The notes under the pieces were generated by a model. The model had not been told where the DNA came from, did no database searches, and was given only the letters and a program-made list of their open reading frames with translations. From Coprococcus sp. (lineage in GTDB: Bacteria; Bacillota; Clostridia; Lachnospirales; Lachnospiraceae), in NCBI GenBank assembly GCA_016297495.1, contig JAEDGN010000002.1, forward strand, positions 12,443 through 76,442: DNA of 64,000 nucleotides. The letters run 5' to 3'. Both the position numbers and the translations under genes were made by a program. Every line of letters begins with the position of its first letter. Positions within the stretch are counted from its first letter, which is position 1. Below, in pieces: positions 1 to 9,289 of the stretch.

Positions 1-307
1 GCATTCATCATACCAGATATTTTTGAAAATGCAAGAGGAAATTAAAAAAATTTTTAGTAAACAAAAAAATTTTTTAGAAAACGCTTGTCTTTTGGTGAAT
101 ATAATGTTAAAATGACTACCAGAGGATATTTCTTTGGTGAACTTAAATAATTTGTCAACAGAGTGTAGAGGAAATATTTCTGTATTGTTGTTGCATATGG
201 CAAAAAGTCTCCCTATTTAATGTATTTTAAATTCTTTATGTGCAATAAATAATACACATAACGTTATTCATGTGTTTCATGACAAACAAAACTATTTAGG
301 GAGGTAG

Positions 308-1693
308 GTGTCATGGTGTATGGGTATTAAAGGGCGTTCAGGCGTCAGAAAAAAACGCCCGTCAGCGGAGGATTTATTTGTTTTAAATGGAAAGCCAACC
401 TTTTTACAGGCATTTCCATTGTCGATGCAGCATGTGGCTGCTATGATTGTAGGGTGCGTAACGCCGGCGATTATTGTGGCGGGGGCATCCGGTCTGTCTG
501 ATTCGGATTCAGTTATTCTGATTCAGGCGGCGCTGGTTATATCAGCTATTACGACTATACTTCAGCTGTATCCGCTTTTTAAAGGAAAAAATATTTCTTT
601 TGGTTCAGGGCTTCCTATTATAATGGGTATCAGTTTTGCCTATGTACCAACGATGCAGGCGATTGCCGAGGAGTTTGATGTGGCGACTATACTGGGGGCC
701 CAGATTGTGGGTGGTATCGTGGCTGCGATTGTAGGCATTTTTGTTAAACAGATCAGAAAGCTTTTTCCGCCGCTGATCACCGGTACAGTTGTATTTGCCA
801 TTGGATTATCATTATATCCGACAGCGATCAACTATATGGCTGGCGGTACAGGTAATGAAAATTATGGTGCCTGGCAGAACTGGCTGGTGGCATTTATCGT
901 ACTGGCCATTGTTACTTTTTTAAATCATTACGGAAAAGGTATTTTTAAATTAGCTTCTATATTAATAGGCATTATTATTGGTTATATTATTTCGCTGTTT
1001 TTTGGTATGGTGGATTTTTCATCAGTAGCTACCGCATCCTGGTTCCAGCTGCCGCAGCCGCTGCATTTCGGGATAAAGTTTGAAGCGTCATCCTGTGTGG
1101 CTTTGGGACTTCTCTTTGCTATCAACGCGGTTCAGGCCATTGGCGATTTTTCGGCTACGACCACAGGAGGACTTGACAGGATGCCGACGGATGAAGAATT
1201 AAACGGTGGTATTGTGGCCTATGGTGTCAGCAATGTGGTTGGTGCCCTGTTTGGAGGACTTCCAACAGCAACCTACAGTCAGAATGTGGGAATCGTATCT
1301 TCTACCAAGGTTGTAGCAAGAAAGGTATTTGGTATTTCTGCAGGAATTCTGCTTTTGGCAGGTCTGATTCCAAAGTTTTCCTCGATTCTGATCACGATTC
1401 CATACTGTGTACTGGGAGGTGCAACGATTTCTGTGTTTGCATCCATCGCTATGACCGGTGTGAAACTGATTACGGCAGAACCTATGGATTTCAGAAGCAC
1501 ATCCATTGTTGGACTGGCTGTTGCTCTTGGTATGGGTGTGACACAGGCAAATGCGGCATTGGCTACATTTCCGGGCTGGGTGACAACAATATTTGGCAAA
1601 TCTCCGGTGGTTCTGGCTACGATGACGGCAGTATTTTTGAATCTGGTTCTGCCAAAGCCAAAAAGTAATGCAAAAGGGAATGAAAAGCAGTAA
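308..1693 (+). CDS. Xanthine/uracil/uric acid permease (NCS2 family)
   Basis: Multi-TM protein with N-terminal QH motif (SMQHVAAMIVG) and NAT signature TYSQNVGIVSSTKV; first gene before ssnA-ygfK. Start uncertain (GTG 308 or ATG 320). Confidence 0.9.
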   Translation: MSWCMGIKGRSGVRKKRPSAEDLFVLNGKPTFLQAFPLSMQHVAAMIVGCVTPAIIVAGASGLSDSDSVILIQAALVISAITTILQLYPLFKGKNISFGSGLPIIMGISFAYVPTMQAIAEEFDVATILGAQIVGGIVAAIVGIFVKQIRKLFPPLITGTVVFAIGLSLYPTAINYMAGGTGNENYGAWQNWLVAFIVLAIVTFLNHYGKGIFKLASILIGIIIGYIISLFFGMVDFSSVATASWFQLPQPLHFGIKFEASSCVALGLLFAINAVQAIGDFSATTTGGLDRMPTDEELNGGIVAYGVSNVVGALFGGLPTATYSQNVGIVSSTKVVARKVFGISAGILLLAGLIPKFSSILITIPYCVLGGATISVFASIAMTGVKLITAEPMDFRSTSIVGLAVALGMGVTQANAALATFPGWVTTIFGKSPVVLATMTAVFLNLVLPKPKSNAKGNEKQ

Positions 1694-1768
1694 AATAACT
1701 TTATAGAGAATAATAATTATATTTATATAATTATATATAGAAGAAATCAATTAAAGGAGGCAGGAACG

Positions 1769-3100
1769 ATGCTGGTTATTGGTAACGGAAAATTATTTAC
1801 AAGAGACAATTCACTTCCATTTATTGAAAATGGTGCTGTGGCAATTGACGGAACAAAGATTGCAGCAGTCGGCACAACAAAAGATATTCAGGAGAAGTAC
1901 AAAGAAGCAGAGTTTATTGATGCAAAGGGCGGAGTGATTATGCCTGCATTTATCAATACCCATGAGCATATTTACAGTGCCATGGCCAGAGGTCTCAGTA
2001 TTAAAGGATATAATCCGAAGGGATTTCTGGATATTCTGGATGGCCAGTGGTGGACTATTGACCGTCATCTGACACTGGAGCAGACAAAATACAGTGCGGT
2101 TGATACGATGATTTCCTGCATCCGCAATGGTGTGACGACAATTTTTGATCATCATGCCAGCTTCGGACAGATCCGGGGAAGTCTTTTTACCATTGCTGAT
2201 GTGGCGAAGGAACTGGGCATCCGTGCCTGCCTTTGCTATGAGGTTTCAGACCGGGATGGTATGGATAAGGCCAGAGAATCCGTGATGGAGAATGCGGAAT
2301 TTATCCGTTATGCATTGAAGGATGACTCGGATATGCTGGCCGGTATGATGGGTATGCATGCGCAGTTCACTATTTCCGATGAGACGATGGAACTGGCAGC
2401 GGCCAATAAGCCGGATGAGGTGGGATATCATATCCATGTGGCAGAAGGTATTGAGGATCTGCATGACTGCCTGAAAAAATACGGCAAACGCATTGTTGAT
2501 CGTCTGATGGACTGCAATATTCTGGGCGAGAAGACATTGCTGGGACATTGTATCTATATTAACCCTCACGAAATGGAACTGATTAAAGAGACCAATACCA
2601 TGGTTGTACATAATCCGGAATCCAACATGGGCAATGCCTGCGGATGCCCGCCGACGATGGAACTGGTGAAGAGGGGCATACTGACAGGTCTTGGTACGGA
2701 CGGTTACACCCATGATATGACAGAGTCCTACAAGGTGGCCAATGTACTGCATAAACATCATTTATGTGATGCCAATGCGGCCTGGGGAGAAGTGCCGAAG
2801 ATGCTGTTTGAGAACAATGCAGCCATTGCCAACCGCTATTTCAAAACACCATTGGGAGTTCTTAAGGAAGGTGCCGCAGGCGATGTGATCGTGGTAGATT
2901 ATGATCCGCCGACACAGCTGGATGAGACCAATATCAACGGACATATCCTGTTTGGTATGACAGGCCGCGATGTAGTGACTACGGTTGCCAATGGTAAGGT
3001 TCTGATGCAGGATCGTGAAGTTAAGGTCATTGATGTGGAAGAAGCCATGGCAAAATGCAGAGAGTCATCTGCAAAGCTCTGGAAGAGTATCAACGGATAA
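1769..3100 (+). CDS. ssnA: SsnA-type amidohydrolase (purine catabolism)
   Basis: Amidohydrolase metal motifs INTHEHIYS, HIHVAEG, LGHC, HNPESNMGN, GLGTDG; adjacent to ygfK; RBS AAAGGAGG. Confidence 0.88.
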   Translation: MLVIGNGKLFTRDNSLPFIENGAVAIDGTKIAAVGTTKDIQEKYKEAEFIDAKGGVIMPAFINTHEHIYSAMARGLSIKGYNPKGFLDILDGQWWTIDRHLTLEQTKYSAVDTMISCIRNGVTTIFDHHASFGQIRGSLFTIADVAKELGIRACLCYEVSDRDGMDKARESVMENAEFIRYALKDDSDMLAGMMGMHAQFTISDETMELAAANKPDEVGYHIHVAEGIEDLHDCLKKYGKRIVDRLMDCNILGEKTLLGHCIYINPHEMELIKETNTMVVHNPESNMGNACGCPPTMELVKRGILTGLGTDGYTHDMTESYKVANVLHKHHLCDANAAWGEVPKMLFENNAAIANRYFKTPLGVLKEGAAGDVIVVDYDPPTQLDETNINGHILFGMTGRDVVTTVANGKVLMQDREVKVIDVEEAMAKCRESSAKLWKSING

Positions 3101-3252
3101 TGGGAAACCAGTTCAGTATCCAGTTTATTGAAGCATCGCATGGACGGTTTGCAAGCAGAATCCTGCCGTGACTCTGCTGTCAGTTGTTTTTGATACTGAA
3201 CTGTTTATTAGAAGAAATAGAGCGTATAGAAGAAAAACTAGGAGGATATGAT

Positions 3253-6237
3253 ATGAGTGATAGAATGACAGGGATGTCTTTTGGACAGATGATGAACTGG
3301 ATACAGACTGAATATGCGCAGAAGGGGACAATCTTCGGGGTTCACAGACCGTATAAGGCATCGGAAGATAAGGCTTTGACGATTTTTGGCAGAAAGCTGG
3401 AGACACCGATTGGTCCGGCGGCCGGTCCGAACAGCCAGCTGGCGCAGAATATTGTTGCTTCGTATTTTGCAGGCAGCCGTTTCTTCGAATTGAAGACGGT
3501 TCAGATCATGGATGGTGATGAGCTGTCTGCCTGTGTCAATAAACCATGCATCAAGGCGGATGATGAATGCTATAACTGTGAATGGTCCACAGAGCTGTAT
3601 GTACCACAGGCTCAGGATGAGTATATTAAGGCATGGTTCCTGTTATCCTTCGTGGCAAAGGAATATGGTCTTGGCGCCATGGATGGATTCCAGTTTAATA
3701 TCAGTGTGGGCTATGATCTGGCAGGTATCAAATCCGAGAAGATTAATACATTTATCGAAAGCATGAAGAATGCTGCCGATACAGAGACATTTAAGGTATG
3801 CAAACAGTATCTCCTGGATCATGTGGATGAATTTAAACATATGACAAAAGAGGATATTGAAGCCATCCGTCCTGATATCTGCAATTCCGCTACAATTTCA
3901 ACACTGCATGGATGTCCTCCACAGGAAATTGAGAGCATTGCCAATTATCTGCTGACAGAGAAGAAGATGCATACATTCATCAAATGCAATCCGACGCTTC
4001 TGGGTTATGAATTTGCCAGAGAGACACTGGACAAGATGGGTTATGATTATGTGGCCTTCGGACGTTTCCATTTTGATGATGACCTGCAGTATGTGGATGC
4101 CATTCCTATGCTTCAGAGACTGATGAAGCTGTCCGATGAGATGGGACTGGAATTCGGTGTGAAGATTACCAATACATTCCCGGTTGATGTAAAGGCCGGA
4201 GAACTTCCGAGCGAAGAAATGTATATGTCCGGTAAATCACTGTATCCGTTGTCCATTTCACTGGCTGCCAAGCTGTCCCGTGAATTTGACGGCAAGCTGC
4301 GCATCTCCTATTCCGGCGGTGCTGATGCCTTCAATATTGATAGAATCGTTGGATGCGGCGTATGGCCTGTCACTGTAGCCACCACTATTTTGAAGCCGGG
4401 CGGCTATCAGAGACTGCTGCAGATGGCAGATTCTCTGGAAGCTATGGGTGTGGCTCCGTTTGAAGGAATCGATGTGGCAACCCTGAATCAGGTGGCTGAG
4501 GATGCCATTACAGATGCACATCATGTAAAACCGGCTAAGCTTCCTGGTTCCAGAAAGTCCGATGAAAAGGTTCCGTTACTTGACTGCTATACAGCACCTT
4601 GCCAGGACGGATGTCCGATTCATCAGGAAATTCCGACTTATGTTGCACTGGCAGGTGAAGGGAAATATGAAGAGGCGTTGAAGGTTATTCTCAACAGAAA
4701 TGCCCTGCCGTTTATGACAGGTACCATCTGTTCTCACCCTTGTCAGGGATATTGTACACGTAATTTCTATGAGAAATCCGTACAGATCAGAGATACCAAG
4801 CTTGCATGTGCTGAAAATGCCATAGATACTGTCCTGAATTCTGTAGCTCCTGTGGGCAGCTGTGACCGTAAGGTTGCCATCGTCGGAGGCGGTCCTGCTG
4901 GTATGGCAGCAGCTTATTATCTGGGCAGACTGGGCGCAGATGTGACAATTTATGAGAAGCGCGATCGTCTGGGCGGTGTTGTGAGTGCCATCATTCCTGA
5001 TTTCAGAATTGATGACAGTGTTATTGCAAAGGATACAGCTCTTCTGGAAAAACTGGGCGTTAAGATCCTCTATAATACAGAAGCCCCTGCTGTTGCAGAA
5101 CTCAAGCAGAAGTATGATCATGTAATTCTGGCCGTGGGCGCTTATAAGCGCGGTGAACTGAAGATCGAAGGCGGCGAGGCAGAAAATGCGTTGGCATTCC
5201 TGGAAGATTTCAACCGTACAGGCGGTAAGATGAACATCGGCAAGAATGTTGTTGTCATCGGCGGCGGTAATACAGCCATGGACACAGCAAGAGCGGCCAG
5301 GAGATGTGACGGCGTTGAACATGTTTATCTTGTATACAGAAGAACAAAACGCTATATGCCTGCTGACGAGCATGAACTTCTGCTGGCTGTTGAGGATGGC
5401 GTTGAATTCAAAGAACTTCTGGCTCCGGAGAAACTGGAAAATGGTCAGCTGATCTGCAGAGTTATGAAGCTTGGTGATATGGATGCTTCCGGACGTGCCG
5501 GTATCGTCAGCACAGATGAGATCGTGGCTGTTCCTGCAGATAAGGTCATTGCCGCTGTTGGTGAAAAAGTTCCGACAGATTATTATGAGGCCAATGGACT
5601 CAATGTGGATGACAGAGGTCGTGTTCTTGTCAGCGATACACTGGAATCCAGCGTAGAAGGTGTCTATGTTATCGGTGACGGTCTGTTTGGACCATCCATC
5701 GTCGTTAAAGCCATGGCTCAGGCCATCAAAGCTGCAGAAGCCATTGCAGGATGTGAGATTTCCGGAAGCTGTGAGATTGCGGCAGATGTACAGTCTGTTT
5801 ATGCAAAGAAAGGTATTCTGGCTGAGCCGGGTAATGGCAGTGAGGCAGGCAGATGCTTAAGCTGTTCTACTGTATGTGAGAACTGTGCAGATGTATGTCC
5901 GAACCGCGCCAATATTTCCGTTCGTGTAGCAGGCATGGAAAAAGCTCAGATCGTTCATGTGGACTATATGTGTAATGAATGTGGTAACTGTAAGAGCTTC
6001 TGCCCATATGCAAGTGCGCCATATAAGGATAAGTTCACATTGTTTGCCAATGAAGCAGATATGGCAGACAGTACCAATGATGGTTTTGTTGTATTTGACA
6101 AAGAGACACTGGCATGCAAGATCCGTTTCCTTGGCAAGGAAAGCACATGGAAGAGAGGCCAGAGCACGAATGTACCATTCGGCCTGATCAGAGTTATCGA
6201 GGCTGTGTGCAGTGATTATGCATATTTATTAAAATAA
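3253..6237 (+). CDS. ygfK: YgfK-type Fe-S flavo-oxidoreductase (putative selenate reductase subunit / purine catabolism)
   Basis: N-terminal GPAAGPNSQLAQN, GltD-like CxxxCP, two Rossmann motifs (GGGPAG, GGGNTAMD), C-terminal 4Fe-4S motifs CLSCSTVCENCADVCP and CNECGNCKSFCP; start placed at ATG 3253 after GGAGG. Confidence 0.9.
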   Translation: MSDRMTGMSFGQMMNWIQTEYAQKGTIFGVHRPYKASEDKALTIFGRKLETPIGPAAGPNSQLAQNIVASYFAGSRFFELKTVQIMDGDELSACVNKPCIKADDECYNCEWSTELYVPQAQDEYIKAWFLLSFVAKEYGLGAMDGFQFNISVGYDLAGIKSEKINTFIESMKNAADTETFKVCKQYLLDHVDEFKHMTKEDIEAIRPDICNSATISTLHGCPPQEIESIANYLLTEKKMHTFIKCNPTLLGYEFARETLDKMGYDYVAFGRFHFDDDLQYVDAIPMLQRLMKLSDEMGLEFGVKITNTFPVDVKAGELPSEEMYMSGKSLYPLSISLAAKLSREFDGKLRISYSGGADAFNIDRIVGCGVWPVTVATTILKPGGYQRLLQMADSLEAMGVAPFEGIDVATLNQVAEDAITDAHHVKPAKLPGSRKSDEKVPLLDCYTAPCQDGCPIHQEIPTYVALAGEGKYEEALKVILNRNALPFMTGTICSHPCQGYCTRNFYEKSVQIRDTKLACAENAIDTVLNSVAPVGSCDRKVAIVGGGPAGMAAAYYLGRLGADVTIYEKRDRLGGVVSAIIPDFRIDDSVIAKDTALLEKLGVKILYNTEAPAVAELKQKYDHVILAVGAYKRGELKIEGGEAENALAFLEDFNRTGGKMNIGKNVVVIGGGNTAMDTARAARRCDGVEHVYLVYRRTKRYMPADEHELLLAVEDGVEFKELLAPEKLENGQLICRVMKLGDMDASGRAGIVSTDEIVAVPADKVIAAVGEKVPTDYYEANGLNVDDRGRVLVSDTLESSVEGVYVIGDGLFGPSIVVKAMAQAIKAAEAIAGCEISGSCEIAADVQSVYAKKGILAEPGNGSEAGRCLSCSTVCENCADVCPNRANISVRVAGMEKAQIVHVDYMCNECGNCKSFCPYASAPYKDKFTLFANEADMADSTNDGFVVFDKETLACKIRFLGKESTWKRGQSTNVPFGLIRVIEAVCSDYAYLLK

Positions 6238-6279
6238 AGCCGAGTGCTGTGAAAGTGTGAAGTATAGATAAATTACAGG

Positions 6280-6310
6280 GAGGCTGTGACTCATTTCGAG
6301 TCACAGCCTC
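6280..6310. terminator. Intrinsic terminator hairpin between convergent ygfK and Rpn-like remnant
   Basis: GAGGCTGTGACTC-atttc-GAGTCACAGCCTC perfect 13-bp stem. Confidence 0.75.
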
Positions 6311-6327
6311 TTTGTAATAAAAGAATG

Positions 6328-6814
6328 TTATTCTCTCCAGTATTCATCGATAATTTTCTGTGCGGCAGTTGTGTCCAGTTTTAAAACAGAAAGAAGTTTC
6401 TCAAGGGTGTCGTTCTTGTTTAAGCCCATATCACGGCAAAAACTGATGAGCGGTGTTGCGGCCTCTCTTTTTTCATGTTCGATGCCTTCCTGATAGCTGA
6501 TTTTCTTTTCTGTGGCAATGTGAAGTGCTTCATTGTATTCAGATAACATAATGTCTGTCACCTCCGCTTTATGACCGCTTAGAATATCTGTCAGTAATGT
6601 TCAAATCATCCTGTATAAGAAAGGATAGATCATTTTTGATACCCATATATACGAAGTTTTCCATTGTGTAAAGCTCAAGTTCATCAGGGTTTTGATAGTC
6701 GCTGCCATTAATGGCATTATAGAGCATCAAAGCATATTCTTTCTTATGAAAAATAAATCGAAAGCTGCTGTCCTTATGGTTGCGATTGATTCTGACATCA
6801 TTCTGTAGATCCAT
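6328..6814 (-). pseudogene. Internally deleted Rpn-like / PD-(D/E)XK nuclease-family gene (N-terminal piece 6814-6569; C-terminal mini-ORF 6549-6328)
   Basis: N-terminal NRNHKDSSFRFIF...LYNAING...KNDLSFLI followed out of frame by LTDILSGHKAEVTDIMLSEYNE...EGIE; both ends resemble the clostridial Rpn-like family, the middle is absent. Confidence 0.65.
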
Positions 6815-7021
6815 TGTTTTCACCTCTTATTATATCGTATTCGTCGATAGACATGCAACTATTATAAATCGTTCATTCTGCGGTATTTGTCAAAGTCTGT
6901 TGTCGAAGTTCTTATTTTTTTATAAAATATGGAAAGAATCCAAACAAGTTTTTTGTAACCTTTTTATCTTTATTTTATCTAATTGACAGGATATCCAAAT
7001 AAGGCAGAAGAAGGGAGGCGG

Positions 7022-7510
7022 ATGATGGAACAGTTTGAAGCTGTTTATGATAAGTATTATAGAAAACTATATCTGTTTCTTTTAAGACTGTCTGGTAATC
7101 GTTCCCTGGCTGAAGAACTAACTCAGGAAACCCTCTATAAGGCATTTTTGCACATTGACCAGTATGAAGGACGGAGTTCGCTTTATACATGGCTGTGTAA
7201 AATTGCGAAAAACAACTGGCTGACGGAGGTAAATAAGCGGAAATATTTTGCGGAACCGGAGGAATGGTGGGAATCTGACAGCGGCGAAAGTCTTGAAGAA
7301 ACCGTGATGGAGAGGCAGATGCGTCAGTGGATGCGTCAGGAAATTATTTATTTGCCGGAGCCCTATGTCAGTGTATGCTCACTGCGGATTTATGCAGAGT
7401 TGTCATATAAGGAGATAGCTGCCGGTTTTAACAGGTCGGAGAGCTGGGCGAAGGTGACTTTTTTCAGGGGAAAGACAATGCTGATGGAAAGGATGGAGAA
7501 ATATCGATGA
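7022..7510 (+). CDS. ECF-type RNA polymerase sigma factor
   Basis: Region 2 (AEELTQETLYKA, YTWLCKIAKN) and region 4 (LSYKEIA...WAKVTFFRGK); RBS GGGAGG before ATG 7022. Confidence 0.9.
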   Translation: MMEQFEAVYDKYYRKLYLFLLRLSGNRSLAEELTQETLYKAFLHIDQYEGRSSLYTWLCKIAKNNWLTEVNKRKYFAEPEEWWESDSGESLEETVMERQMRQWMRQEIIYLPEPYVSVCSLRIYAELSYKEIAAGFNRSESWAKVTFFRGKTMLMERMEKYR

Positions 7511-8424
7511 AAAAGGAAGAAAGGATAACATGTGACGTCATACAGGATCTGATGCCCCTTTATGAAGATGGATGCTGTAGTGAACAAACCAGAAAAATTG
7601 TAGAGACACATCTGGCTGAGTGCGAGATCTGCGGCAAAAAGCAGCATCAGTACGAAAAGCTACTTCCGTTATCGGAAGTAGTGGAAGAAGCGGATGTAGG
7701 AAAGATCCGTTGCGGCATAAAAAAATTCAACCGTTGGAAAAGGGGCACCATAGCTGCGCTATGTCTGGCGCTGGCCATTATTCTGATCGTATTTCCGGTA
7801 TGGAATTATGTTCGGGGAACAGGACTTACTTATGCCAACCTGAAAGCGGTCCGCACAGCCCATTCTTTTGAAAAAGCCCTTGAGGCGGGGGACTACGAAA
7901 AAGCATACAGTTATCTGGCAATAGAGGCTAAATACCATTCTCTTCTGGAGGATGAGAAGGAGATGGCGGACTCGGGGAATGAACATGACAGATTGATTGC
8001 AGAAGGTATAGAAGAGATTCGTGAGAATGGATTTGACTGGTATAATGATGTATGCCATGAAAAATTTCTTGAGAGTATGCAGACACTGGCAGCTCTGGAT
8101 GAAAATATTCAATCGTCTTCCGAGTTTCGTGTGTCGGCTATAGCCCCGAAGTATTGGGAGATACGATCGGATATACGGACAGCAGGCGGAACAGACGCTG
8201 TGATGTATCTGCAGATTGGGTCGGAAGGAATTGCAGAACTGTTTATTTCTGGCGTTTTCAGGGGGAGTGACGATTTCGCCAGGGAGGAAGCTCAGAAAGA
8301 GGATGATGATAAAAAAGACATGATGTTTGACAGACTTTACCGGATGCCGTCAATAAACGAAACGGTCATGGAGATACTATATGGAGATACAGACTTTGAT
8401 TGGGAAAATTTATTTGCGTATTAA
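7507..8424 (+). CDS. Zinc-finger (zf-HC2) membrane anti-sigma factor
   Basis: CDVIQDLMPLY...HLAECEIC motif, single TM helix, ATGA overlap with sigma factor. Confidence 0.85.
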   Translation: MKKEERITCDVIQDLMPLYEDGCCSEQTRKIVETHLAECEICGKKQHQYEKLLPLSEVVEEADVGKIRCGIKKFNRWKRGTIAALCLALAIILIVFPVWNYVRGTGLTYANLKAVRTAHSFEKALEAGDYEKAYSYLAIEAKYHSLLEDEKEMADSGNEHDRLIAEGIEEIRENGFDWYNDVCHEKFLESMQTLAALDENIQSSSEFRVSAIAPKYWEIRSDIRTAGGTDAVMYLQIGSEGIAELFISGVFRGSDDFAREEAQKEDDDKKDMMFDRLYRMPSINETVMEILYGDTDFDWENLFAY

Positions 8425-8482
8425 AACAGTATACATGGAAAAGTTGATAAATATTTGCTTTTCAGTAAACTGAACATCTGTA

Positions 8483-8532
8483 AAGAAAACCTTTGGGTAC
8501 AATTTTACCGGATTGTATCTCAAAGGTTTCTT
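8483..8532 (+). terminator. Terminator-like hairpin after anti-sigma gene
   Basis: AAGAAAACCTTTGGGTACAAT ... ATTGTATCTCAAAGGTTTCTT inverted repeat. Confidence 0.6.
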
Positions 8533-8632
8533 TATGTTGTGATTAGTTGGAAAAAGTGTTACTATGTAGAATATGGTTCAGAAGATTTTTGACGTATAAT
8601 TTTACCTGCAGATGCAGTAAGGAGGGAAAGAT

Positions 8633-9208
8633 ATGGTACATCAGATGATTATGACAGCTTCAGAAGCTTTGGATAAATTAAAGAAGGGCAATGAGAAATA
8701 TGTGGCTTCGGATGCGAACAGCGGTGATATTTCCCGTGCGCTTCGGGCCTATACAAGTAAGCATGGACAGCAGCCGTATGCGATTATCATTACATGTTCG
8801 GATTCCCGGGTCATTCCTGAAAGTATTTTTTCAGCTGGCATTGGCGATCTTTTTGTGATCCGTGTGGCAGGCAATGTGATTGATGATCATCAGCTGGGCA
8901 GTATCGAATATGCGGCCGGTCATCTTGGAAGTCCGGTGGTGGTTGTACTGGGACATACTTGGTGTGGTGCCGTGGATGCGGCTATCAATAGTGATTCTGA
9001 GGGCTATATCAAGTTTATTACGGATGAGATCAAGCTTGCGATTGGTGATGAGAAGGATGATTACAGAGCCTGTTGTCTGAATGTGGCCAGGAGTGTGGAT
9101 ATTATTGAACATAGTCTGGATATCAGGCATTTGGAAGAAGAGGATGGGCTTAAGGTCGTGGGTGCTATGTATCACATAGATGACGGGCACGTAGAGTTTT
9201 TATCATAA
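8633..9208 (+). CDS. Beta-class carbonic anhydrase
   Basis: Zn ligands CSDSR and HTWCGA; RVAGN motif. Confidence 0.92.
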   Translation: MVHQMIMTASEALDKLKKGNEKYVASDANSGDISRALRAYTSKHGQQPYAIIITCSDSRVIPESIFSAGIGDLFVIRVAGNVIDDHQLGSIEYAAGHLGSPVVVVLGHTWCGAVDAAINSDSEGYIKFITDEIKLAIGDEKDDYRACCLNVARSVDIIEHSLDIRHLEEEDGLKVVGAMYHIDDGHVEFLS

Positions 9209-9289
9209 TCTGAATGCTGCAGAGTATTAAGTGACCATGCAGGAAGGATGCGTGGGGTTAAGACGAGAGAAAAGGAAGCGGAATAGTGT

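Noticed and set aside
1..300. Purine riboswitch upstream of the permease
   Set aside because: Could not find the conserved aptamer core (TTTCTACC...CCGTAAA...GACTA).
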